A DNA stretch of 64,000 bases from Bacillales bacterium UBA6120 (GTDB taxonomy: Bacteria > Bacillota_I > Bacilli_A > RFN20 > CAG-826): NCBI GenBank assembly GCA_002422535.1, contig DIVY01000024.1, forward strand, positions 20,904-84,903, written 5' to 3'. A program made the translations under genes and the position numbers. Under the pieces are notes generated by a model. The model did not search any database. It saw nothing but the letters and a program-made list of their open reading frames with translations, and was not told where the DNA came from. Below, piece after piece: positions 49,553-57,659 of this stretch (positions are counted from its first letter, which is position 1; the number at the start of each line of letters is the position of its first letter).

Positions 49553-50556
49553 ACGAAGTCATTGAACTAAAAAATCTTCACGTTGTTTTTTCAAAACGTG
49601 TTGGCTTATTTCGCGAACGTCGCTTTCATGTTTTGAAAGATGTTGATTTTTTCGTTCAACCAGGAGAAATCATCGCTGTTGTAGGAGAATCCGGTTGTGG
49701 GAAAACGACTTTAGGCCGAATAGTAACTGGTCTTTTGAAACCGACCAGAGGCGAAGTGTTATTTGAAGGCAAACCTATCTATGGATTCATGAATACGGAT
49801 TTTGCTAAATTTCGCCGTTGCGTCCAATTCATCCAACAAGATAGTTATGCTGCTTTAAATCCAGTTCGTACAATCTATCAATCGCTTCGAGCGCCTCTCA
49901 TCCGCCATAACCATAAGATGAAAAGCGATGAAATTGGCAATCGGATCGATGAGTTGATGGGATTAGTTGGGTTAAATCCTCCCGAACAGTTCCTTGTTAA
50001 GTATCCTCATCAATTAAGTGGCGGCCAACGCCAGCGAGTCTTGATGGCGCGTGCACTTTCCTTAAATCCCAAACTTATAGTGGCTGATGAACCGGTTTCG
50101 ATGATTGATGTTTCATTAAGATTATCGATATTGAATTTGATGAGCGAACTTAATCAAAAATTAAATATCGCTTTTATTTATATCACTCATGATTTGGCAA
50201 CGGCTAAATACATCGCTAACGACCAACGTATTGCCGTTATGTATCTTGGAGAGATAGTGGAAGTGGGAAATATTAACGATATTTTGACGAACCCACGACA
50301 TCCTTACACACAAGCCCTTCTTTCGGCGGTTCCTATTCCCGATCCCGTCGTGGCCGCCCGTCAAAAAGAGATTCCTATCAAGGGGATGAATCTTGCCAGC
50401 ATTGAAAAAAGAACGACGGGCTGTTCCTTCTTTGAACGGTGCACATACGCTCACGAAAATTGTCAATACGAACCAGTTCCGGTTGTGAAAAATGGTAAGG
50501 CTGCAATTCGCTGCCACTATGAAAAGGAGGTGCCAATTTGGGAAAAACCACGTTAG
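49549..50556 (+). CDS. ABC transporter ATP-binding protein (OppF-like)
   Basis: Walker [28 protein letters not shown], and a C-terminal extension. Confidence 0.9.
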   Translation: MNEVIELKNLHVVFSKRVGLFRERRFHVLKDVDFFVQPGEIIAVVGESGCGKTTLGRIVTGLLKPTRGEVLFEGKPIYGFMNTDFAKFRRCVQFIQQDSYAALNPVRTIYQSLRAPLIRHNHKMKSDEIGNRIDELMGLVGLNPPEQFLVKYPHQLSGGQRQRVLMARALSLNPKLIVADEPVSMIDVSLRLSILNLMSELNQKLNIAFIYITHDLATAKYIANDQRIAVMYLGEIVEVGNINDILTNPRHPYTQALLSAVPIPDPVVAARQKEIPIKGMNLASIEKRTTGCSFFERCTYAHENCQYEPVPVVKNGKAAIRCHYEKEVPIWEKPR

Positions 50557-50561
50557 GATGG

Positions 50562-50738
50562 ATGTTTCGCTTTTCGGTCATCCTCGGACTTTTAGCCTTA
50601 TTAATGGTTTTTATAACGGTTCCAAAAAGCGCCGAATTTTATATTAGTTTGATCACGGTTGGTATCAATTTATTGGTAGCAATCGTCTCAGGAGTGCTTT
50701 TAATAAGAAAAAGGAGAAGTGAAAATGGCCAAAATTAA
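50562..50738 (+). CDS. Small two-TM membrane protein (hypothetical)
   Basis: MFRFSVILGLLALLMVFITV...LITVGINLLVAIVSGVLLI; it sits between the importer genes and the lipoprotein gene. The start is uncertain (TTG 50538 or ATG 50562). Confidence 0.35.
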   Translation: MFRFSVILGLLALLMVFITVPKSAEFYISLITVGINLLVAIVSGVLLIRKRRSENGQN

Positions 50739-52932
50739 GAGACTGATGAGCCTCTTTCTATTAACACTTGTGTCAAGCTGCCAGTTGTCTTCGACATCTA
50801 TTGGAGACACTTCGTTAGGAACGAGCATCACCACTTCAAACGGGTCAATATCGGAGCCGAGTTCTGAAGAACTCGCCACCCCGTACGATTCGATTTATTT
50901 GACAGAAGAAGTAGATAAATATCCACAAAAAAGCGCCAAGGATGTTCATAAGGCGATTTATGGCTATCAAGGAAACGATGTTCAGGGTTATAACGGCTGG
51001 TCCTATCAACATAACCCCGATCAACAAGGTTGGGTTAATCTAAACTATAGTGGAACGTTAGGTCGCTTTGAAACTTCAAACAATTTCATTGATGGCCCTT
51101 TAATGAAGGCTTCAATCGGCGCTGTTGCCCGGAAATTTATTGTTTATTCAGCGGGAGCTGGAACCATTATGGTTTCGGGACGTGCCCATCTTATCGATGC
51201 GCTTCAAGAAGAAGCCCAAATCCAAATTCTCCATAATGAGACTATTATTTATCCACGCTCCGGGGTTGCTAAAGTTTTAGAAACTGGAGACACCAATGGT
51301 TATTATCATGAGGAAATGGTCATAGTTACTGCTGGCGACCGTATCATGTTTATTGTCACTGGTTCTGGCGTAGTTGATTGGAACCCAACGATTCAATACG
51401 ATTACCTACGCGAAACCCCATTGCATTATAATCCTCCCGGAAAATTTGATAATAATCGCGACATCGACATAGGTGATGTCCACCCATATTATCATAATGG
51501 CAAGTTGTATATGTTCTACTTAAAAACAGATGGTGGATATAATATTGATTTGGTGACTTCCTCCAATATGATTAACTACGAACCAACTTATGTGACTACG
51601 CATGCAATCAATCCACCCAACGCCAACTATTATGTATTGGGAATTACTGAAGAAGATGGCTATTTCCGCACATACTATGGTGCAAGTCGTGATTATATTT
51701 ATGGATCTAAAAGCACCGATTTAATTACCTGGGAAGCCGGAGAAGGCGTTGATTCGATGTTCAATCCAACGCATTTGCCCGTGGTCACTTATCCCGCCGG
51801 CGGTCGCGATCCTTACATTTTCTTTGATTCCGATGTTAATCGGTATCGGATTATTTACCTAGCATATTATGCGAATAAATATTGGGAAGAAGGCGGTGAC
51901 GATTTTGATTGTGCGTTAGCGCTTCAAACTTCGACCTCTGATTCCACGGAATATTGGGAAAGTGAAGAACAAGAATTACTTAGATTTAACAATGCCGGAA
52001 CCTCAGGCCGTGATGAACCGGAAGTGTCGCAAATGTTTAAAATTGACAATCGCTGGTATATTTTCGCTAGCATTTATGGCCGGAGCACGAACGGCGTTGG
52101 CGCCCCGAGTTATTGGACCGGCGATGCCAACACGACAATTGATGATGTTGATTGGTCATCAAAACAAGAACGTTTTCTAGATGGAGATGATCTATGTGCT
52201 GCCCAGATTGTGCAAATTGGTAATCGGTTTTATATCTATGGCTGGATTGCTCCATATGCAAATGGTGGTGGATGGGGCGGCGCCATTAATGTCGCCCGCG
52301 AAATATACGCCCTACCAGACGGTACTTTAGCTACTCGTTTAGACGAACATCTTACTAATCTGCTAAATGGAGGTAGTATGTATCGTCTTCCTGATGGTAA
52401 TCGCTCTGTCATTAGCGGTAGTTGGGGAGCGGGAACTAACCAAATCACTTTTATTGGAGACGGAATCAACAATACTTCGATGGGAATGTCTGATTATGGT
52501 GAAAGCCGCCTGCCTAATATTTATCGCCGGACATTGATTGAGTCGAAATTATCAATCCCCTCATCTAGTAAAATGGCAGGCTTCAAATTATCGCAAGACG
52601 GCGCTCCTGAATATGCTACTGTAGCAATTGATAGACAAAATAAACGCCTTATTGCATCATCTTCTGGCCAAGCAGGTTATGTGACTAGGGCGACTTATCG
52701 ATTGCCGGACAATATGAATTACGAAGATATGGAAGTAAAGGTAATTGTGGAAGGCGCATTTGTTGAACTATTTGTTAACGATCAATATGCCTTGACCGCT
52801 AGATTATTTGATGATGGTTTCCGAGCCATTTTGACGAACTATTCGATTGGCTTATTTGCAGATGGTCCCGGTGCTTCGTTTGAAGATTTGTTGGTCAATA
52901 TGTTGAGAACCACCGAAACGGCATATGATTAA
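50725..52932 (+). CDS. Surface lipoprotein with a GH32-fold catalytic-like core and an extra N-terminal domain
   Basis: AAGGAG, 8 nt, then ATG 50725. Lipobox LLTLVSSC. GDVHPYYHNGKLYMFYL, GGRDPYIFF, DEPEVSQMFKIDNRWYIFASIY, and a GH32 C-terminal-like VELFVNDQYALTARLF. Confidence 0.7.
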   Translation: MAKIKRLMSLFLLTLVSSCQLSSTSIGDTSLGTSITTSNGSISEPSSEELATPYDSIYLTEEVDKYPQKSAKDVHKAIYGYQGNDVQGYNGWSYQHNPDQQGWVNLNYSGTLGRFETSNNFIDGPLMKASIGAVARKFIVYSAGAGTIMVSGRAHLIDALQEEAQIQILHNETIIYPRSGVAKVLETGDTNGYYHEEMVIVTAGDRIMFIVTGSGVVDWNPTIQYDYLRETPLHYNPPGKFDNNRDIDIGDVHPYYHNGKLYMFYLKTDGGYNIDLVTSSNMINYEPTYVTTHAINPPNANYYVLGITEEDGYFRTYYGASRDYIYGSKSTDLITWEAGEGVDSMFNPTHLPVVTYPAGGRDPYIFFDSDVNRYRIIYLAYYANKYWEEGGDDFDCALALQTSTSDSTEYWESEEQELLRFNNAGTSGRDEPEVSQMFKIDNRWYIFASIYGRSTNGVGAPSYWTGDANTTIDDVDWSSKQERFLDGDDLCAAQIVQIGNRFYIYGWIAPYANGGGWGGAINVAREIYALPDGTLATRLDEHLTNLLNGGSMYRLPDGNRSVISGSWGAGTNQITFIGDGINNTSMGMSDYGESRLPNIYRRTLIESKLSIPSSSKMAGFKLSQDGAPEYATVAIDRQNKRLIASSSGQAGYVTRATYRLPDNMNYEDMEVKVIVEGAFVELFVNDQYALTARLFDDGFRAILTNYSIGLFADGPGASFEDLLVNMLRTTETAYD

Positions 52933-52954
52933 TCAAAATCTAATATCTTAAGCA

Positions 52955-52982
52955 TTGACAACGTTTGCACAAAGAATATAAT
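52955..52982 (+). promoter_or_regulatory. Sigma-70 type promoter for the 53029 lipoprotein gene
   Basis: TTGACA (52955-52960), 16 nt, TATAAT (52977-52982). Confidence 0.55.
52956..52969. promoter_or_regulatory. LacI/CcpA-type operator overlapping the -35
   Basis: tgacaacgtttgca; near-identical to the reverse complement of the site at 38879-38892 (tgacaacgtttaca). Confidence 0.45.
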
Positions 52983-52989
52983 AAAATTA

Positions 52990-53003
52990 TGATAGCGTTT
53001 ACA
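52990..53003. promoter_or_regulatory. Second LacI/CcpA-type operator downstream of the -10
   Basis: tgatagcgtttaca fits TGWNANCGNTNWCA. Confidence 0.45.
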
Positions 53004-53028
53004 TAACGTTTAAGAAAGGTAAATAAGC

Positions 53029-53889
53029 ATGAAAAAGAAAATAGTATTTCCATTCTTGATGGCCGCCTTGTTCGGTTTGGCCGCTTGTGCCAGCTCGGTA
53101 CCGGCTTCAAGCGAAACCCCAAGCTCTGAAGAACCATCAGAAACAACCTCAACCGTTACTTCAACAGTCACTTCCGTCGCTACATCGGTTGAAACCACTT
53201 CAGAAGTAACTTCAGTCGAGACCAGCGTATCTGAAACTACTTCAGAGGAACCAGTCGAAACATTAATACCCGTATTCAATTATGGTTTTGATGCCGAATT
53301 CGCTGGCGATCCCGCCATTGCCGCTCCTGAAGAGGGCGAAGGTTTTATCATTACTGATCAAGGCTATGCCACCACAATCAATGGCTCATTAGAACCAGCG
53401 CCCGCTCCAAGTTGGACATTTGTGTACACTGGTTACGACAAGAATATGCCTGAATTCGAACTTGAAGCTGGAGTAAGATTTGGTGCATCTACCAATAACA
53501 CCGCTGTGTTTGGAATGCGCGTTTGCTATGATGGCTGCTACGATGTTCAATTCTCAGCTAAAAATAACAATGATGGTTGGCAAGGCGTTCAAATGTTTCA
53601 AGCCGGTGGCCCACTTCTTGCGCAACACGATAACACTGAAAAAGGTGGTTTGATTACTGATGGTAGTCTATCAATCGTCCCCGATACGGATTATACTTTG
53701 AAATTCCGTTCAGTGATTGATGATGATGAGTTAGCGTTAGTGTCTGTGTTTGTCAATGATGTTAAAGTTATTGAGTTAGGTGGCCTATCTACCGCTACTC
53801 TTAACGCCAATGCTAAACATGGCATGGGAGCATCAGCCGGTTCTTGGGTAATCGTTGATTACTACAAGGGTTCAAATATCGTTATCTAA
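53029..53889 (+). CDS. Surface lipoprotein with an S/T/E-rich linker and a C-terminal jelly-roll/LamG-like domain
   Basis: Lipobox LFGLAAC, low-complexity linker (..TSTVTSTVTSVATSVETTSEVTSVETS..), and a C-terminal domain paralogous to that of 37674..38840. Confidence 0.7.
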   Translation: MKKKIVFPFLMAALFGLAACASSVPASSETPSSEEPSETTSTVTSTVTSVATSVETTSEVTSVETSVSETTSEEPVETLIPVFNYGFDAEFAGDPAIAAPEEGEGFIITDQGYATTINGSLEPAPAPSWTFVYTGYDKNMPEFELEAGVRFGASTNNTAVFGMRVCYDGCYDVQFSAKNNNDGWQGVQMFQAGGPLLAQHDNTEKGGLITDGSLSIVPDTDYTLKFRSVIDDDELALVSVFVNDVKVIELGGLSTATLNANAKHGMGASAGSWVIVDYYKGSNIVI

Positions 53890-53905
53890 AGAAAACTAAA
53901 AAAAG

Positions 53906-53932
53906 AAAGCTGCGGATTTGTTCCGCAGCTTT
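53906..53932. terminator. Bidirectional rho-independent terminator
   Basis: aaagctgcgga-tttgt-tccgcagcttt, with an A-run before and a T-run after. Confidence 0.8.
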
Positions 53933-53933
53933 T

Positions 53934-54905
53934 TTATTTTGTTGAGGAACCTCTTATATAAAGTTGAGGTTCGACTTGGATACATTGTGCATCCTGTTCG
54001 GATTCGGGGTTATCAATTTTTCCCATAATATTAGCCACCGTTTTTTGGAAAATTTCATCAATCGGTTGGGCAATGGTTGATACATTGAGCAATTGAAACC
54101 ATTCAAGGTCATCAAATACGATAGTGCTAATGTCTTGGTTTAACTTTTTAAGGGCAGTTAATGCATCAAGACCAAAATTATTCGTCCCAGCGATAATCGC
54201 ATCGGGTTTTAAGTCCAAAAGTAATTGTTCGATGTCTAGTTCAATCGAGTGGCCAAGCGGATAGAGACGAATTAATGATTCGTCTACTGGTAGGTTTGCC
54301 TCATTGAGGGCTCTAATATAGCCGTTGGAGCGGTTTGGTGTATAGTCCAATTTAACGGAGAGTAGCAGAATGCGTCGTTTACCATTATTGAGCAAGTGCG
54401 ATGTCGCTAAATAAGCGCCATATTCATCATCGACACAAAGAGCATCAACGGTAGGATATGCTTGACGGAATAATTGCAAAATCTTAATGTTGCGCTTTTC
54501 CATTATTGAAATAAGATCGGGGTTGGTGTTTGAAACGGGCGTGAAAATAAGGGCATCAACTTTATAAGATAACATTGATTTAATGTTTTGCCGTTCATAT
54601 TGGCTATTTTCAAAACTATAGGCAAGAAGGACGTTATACCCACACTTCTTAAATTCGACAATTAATTTTTCTAAAACGATATTATAGAAATAGTTGCCGA
54701 TGTCCGACACAATCACACCGATTGTGTTAGAGCGACCACTCTTCAAAGATTTAGCGTGGGAATCCACGATATAGCCAAGTTCTTCAGCTTTTTTAAGAAT
54801 TAAATCGCGTTTAGATTTCTTAACATAACCATCCCCGCTTAATGCGCGGGAGGCTGTTGCGCTTGATACATTACAAGCTTTAGCTACATCTTTAATATTT
54901 ACCAT
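53934..54905 (-). CDS. LacI family transcriptional regulator
   Basis: N-terminal HTH MVNIKDVAKACNVSSATASRALSG and a periplasmic-binding-protein-like effector domain; 323 aa. Confidence 0.9.
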   Translation of the reverse strand: MVNIKDVAKACNVSSATASRALSGDGYVKKSKRDLILKKAEELGYIVDSHAKSLKSGRSNTIGVIVSDIGNYFYNIVLEKLIVEFKKCGYNVLLAYSFENSQYERQNIKSMLSYKVDALIFTPVSNTNPDLISIMEKRNIKILQLFRQAYPTVDALCVDDEYGAYLATSHLLNNGKRRILLLSVKLDYTPNRSNGYIRALNEANLPVDESLIRLYPLGHSIELDIEQLLLDLKPDAIIAGTNNFGLDALTALKKLNQDISTIVFDDLEWFQLLNVSTIAQPIDEIFQKTVANIMGKIDNPESEQDAQCIQVEPQLYIRGSSTK

Positions 54906-55149
54906 GTCGAACCTCTTAATATTTAATTTTCTTAATTAATATAGCATCAATAAGATATCGTTAGCATATTTCATGAAACATTATAATAACTAATCGCATA
55001 TCATTTTTCAAACCTAGATTATGATGACCATGAATTTTTAATAAAACACTAATCAGTAATTGTATCTAGCATTAATCATTAATTTATAAGTACAAACATC
55101 GATAATATATCTAGAAGAACCATTTTAATTAAAGAAATCGAGATAAAAA

Positions 55150-56490
55150 ATGACAAATAATCAAAGTCTTCGAGGGACAAAACCCAATATTATTTTAGTC
55201 TTGTGTGATGATTTAGGATATGGTGATATCGCCTGTTTTGGATCAAACCAAAATATGACGCCCACCCTCGATCATCTTCAAATTACCGGAGCAAAGCTAA
55301 CCGACTTTCATGTGGTTTCGCCTGTATGCTCTCCAAGCCGTGCTGGACTTATGACGGGTTGTTACCCTCAACGTGTGGGACTCGGGCGGGGCGATCATTT
55401 TTGCGTATTATTGCCAGGCGATCCAATTGGCATAAATCCTGAGGAAACGATAATACCAAAAGCATTAAAAACGGCAGGATATCGAACGCACATGATTGGC
55501 AAGTGGCACCTAGGCGATCAAGCACCATTCCTACCAACAAAAAATGGCTTTGACACATTTTTTGGTTTGCCTTATAGCAACGATATGTGTTATTACCATC
55601 CAGATTTGCATGTCAAATTCCCACCTTTGCCATTGATGCGTGAAGATGAGATTATCGGAAAAGATCCTTCACAGGGGAACCTAAACGAACTTTACGTTAA
55701 AGAGGCTGTCGCCCTTATTGAAAGACAAGACAATGCCCCATTTTTTCTTTATTTTGCTCATATGTATGTTCATTGGCCTTTTTATCCTCCTCATTCGTTT
55801 TTAAAACAATCAAAAGGAAATCGATATCGTGCCGAGGTGGAATTTATCGATTGGGCCATGGAACAAATGATTGCCGCTCTTAATCGTTTCGACAAGAGGA
55901 AGAATACTTTAATTGTATTCACGTCCGATAACGGAGGCGTTCTTCGATATGGCAGCAACGGGCAGTTAAGAGGGCAGAAGGGTGATGTATATGAAGGTGG
56001 CGTGCGCGTCCCTTGTATCGTTAACTGGCCGGGTAAAATTAGCGAAGGTATCATTATTGACAATCTTTTAACGACAATGGACCTATTGCCTACTTTTGCT
56101 CATTTAGCCGGAGTATCCATTTCAAATGATAAGAAAATCGATGGGGAAAACGTCACAAATGTATTAATTGGAGTGGGACCAAAAGAGAATCGCGAATTAA
56201 TTATTTATCACGATAATATCCTTAAGGCCGTTCGAAAGGGCGATTGGAAACTCATACTCAATACCAAGGAATTATTCAATCTACTTGATGATCCAAACGA
56301 AAAGAACAATCAATATTCAACGAATCCAGATATTGTTTCTGACTTAATGCTTTTGGCACAACGCTATCGTAATGAACTTGGTGATGGCGACAAATTGGGT
56401 ACAAGTGTAAGAAAACCAGGACGCGTTGATAACCCCACCACGATGTTTCCGCTTGATGAAGATTCTCCTTTGACGGCGGAATATGAATAA
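55150..56490 (+). CDS. Cys-type sulfatase (arylsulfatase family), no signal peptide
   Basis: LCDDLGYGD metal site, formylglycine motif SPVCSPSRAGLMTG (C-x-P-x-R), and GKWHLG. Confidence 0.85.
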   Translation: MTNNQSLRGTKPNIILVLCDDLGYGDIACFGSNQNMTPTLDHLQITGAKLTDFHVVSPVCSPSRAGLMTGCYPQRVGLGRGDHFCVLLPGDPIGINPEETIIPKALKTAGYRTHMIGKWHLGDQAPFLPTKNGFDTFFGLPYSNDMCYYHPDLHVKFPPLPLMREDEIIGKDPSQGNLNELYVKEAVALIERQDNAPFFLYFAHMYVHWPFYPPHSFLKQSKGNRYRAEVEFIDWAMEQMIAALNRFDKRKNTLIVFTSDNGGVLRYGSNGQLRGQKGDVYEGGVRVPCIVNWPGKISEGIIIDNLLTTMDLLPTFAHLAGVSISNDKKIDGENVTNVLIGVGPKENRELIIYHDNILKAVRKGDWKLILNTKELFNLLDDPNEKNNQYSTNPDIVSDLMLLAQRYRNELGDGDKLGTSVRKPGRVDNPTTMFPLDEDSPLTAEYE

Positions 56491-57598
56491 TAGTTTGAAT
56501 CGTCCTAAGTTTTTCACTTGGCTCATTAAACCAGTGTCGTCGAGATGCAACTTAAATTGTGACTATTGTTTTTATTTAGATGCCGCCAGACTCAGAAGCG
56601 CCACTTTTCCCCATATGATGAACGAAGACACGACGGACCATCTTATAGAGATGGCAATCGATTCGGCAACAGACACTATATCTTTTGTGTTTCAAGGTGG
56701 AGAACCACTTTTAGCGGGGCTTCCGTTTTACCATGCCTTCATTGAGAAAGCCCAAAAAGCTAATCAAAAAAATATTAATATAGTATATTCACTACAGACG
56801 AATGGCCTTATGTTAAATGAAGAATGGGTTAATTTTTTTAAAGATAACAATTGGTTATTAGGTATCTCGGTTGATGGAGAAGAGAAAGCCAACAAGTGGC
56901 GCTCACCAAATAATTTTTCCAAAGATACGTCTCTAATTATTAAGAACATCGAGCTGTTAAGAAATAATAATGTACCATTCGACCTTTTAGCGGTTGTCCA
57001 TAAAAAGAATTTCAAAATGATAGTTCAAAGTTATGATTTTTTAAAAACGCTTGGCGCAAAATCACTTCAATTTATTCCTTGTCTCGACTTTATTAAAAAA
57101 GATAACGAACTAGCGCTTGATTCTAATTCATGGCGCGAAAGTTTGCTTAATCTTTATCGAAGATGGCGCGATGATTGGAAGAAGGGCATCTATATTAGTA
57201 TTCGTCAATTCGATGATTATATTGCAGTTATTAATAGCAGCCCTTTAAGCAGTTGCGCTGCTCGAGGAATATGCGGTGGTTATTTGATGGTTGAAAGCGA
57301 TGGTGGTGTTTTTACATGTGATTTCTACGGGACTGACGATTTTTTAATTGGCAACATTGCCGATGGTTTTTTTGAACTATTTAATAACTCTAAACTGATA
57401 AAATTCATAAATGAATCTTTCATTTTAAATGAAAAATGTCTGCACTGCCAATATCGTTTTCTTTGTAGAGGAGGTTGTAAAAAATATCGAAATGGTGACC
57501 AGCATTTTATTTATTGCGACGCCACGAAAACATTATTAGATTATGCTTACTCGGGATTGCGAGAGATTGCCCTTTCAATTAGATATATCGGTGATTGA
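56483..57598 (+). CDS. Anaerobic sulfatase-maturating enzyme (radical SAM/SPASM)
   Basis: CNLNCDYC radical SAM motif (CxxxCxxC) and a C-terminal SPASM cysteine cluster (..CLHCQYRFLCRGGC..). Overlaps the sulfatase stop. Confidence 0.8.
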   Translation: MNNSLNRPKFFTWLIKPVSSRCNLNCDYCFYLDAARLRSATFPHMMNEDTTDHLIEMAIDSATDTISFVFQGGEPLLAGLPFYHAFIEKAQKANQKNINIVYSLQTNGLMLNEEWVNFFKDNNWLLGISVDGEEKANKWRSPNNFSKDTSLIIKNIELLRNNNVPFDLLAVVHKKNFKMIVQSYDFLKTLGAKSLQFIPCLDFIKKDNELALDSNSWRESLLNLYRRWRDDWKKGIYISIRQFDDYIAVINSSPLSSCAARGICGGYLMVESDGGVFTCDFYGTDDFLIGNIADGFFELFNNSKLIKFINESFILNEKCLHCQYRFLCRGGCKKYRNGDQHFIYCDATKTLLDYAYSGLREIALSIRYIGD

Positions 57599-57659
57599 AA
57601 AGATGATATTAAATATCCTTGTTTGCTAAACTGGTTTTCTAGAATATAAACGATTGTGT

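Noticed and set aside
53010-53279. Minus-strand ORF antisense to the S/T/E-rich linker of the 53029 lipoprotein; the linker was also considered as a DGR variable region
   Set aside because: The antisense ORF is a mirror artefact of low-complexity sequence. No reverse transcriptase or template repeat is present, so there is no DGR.
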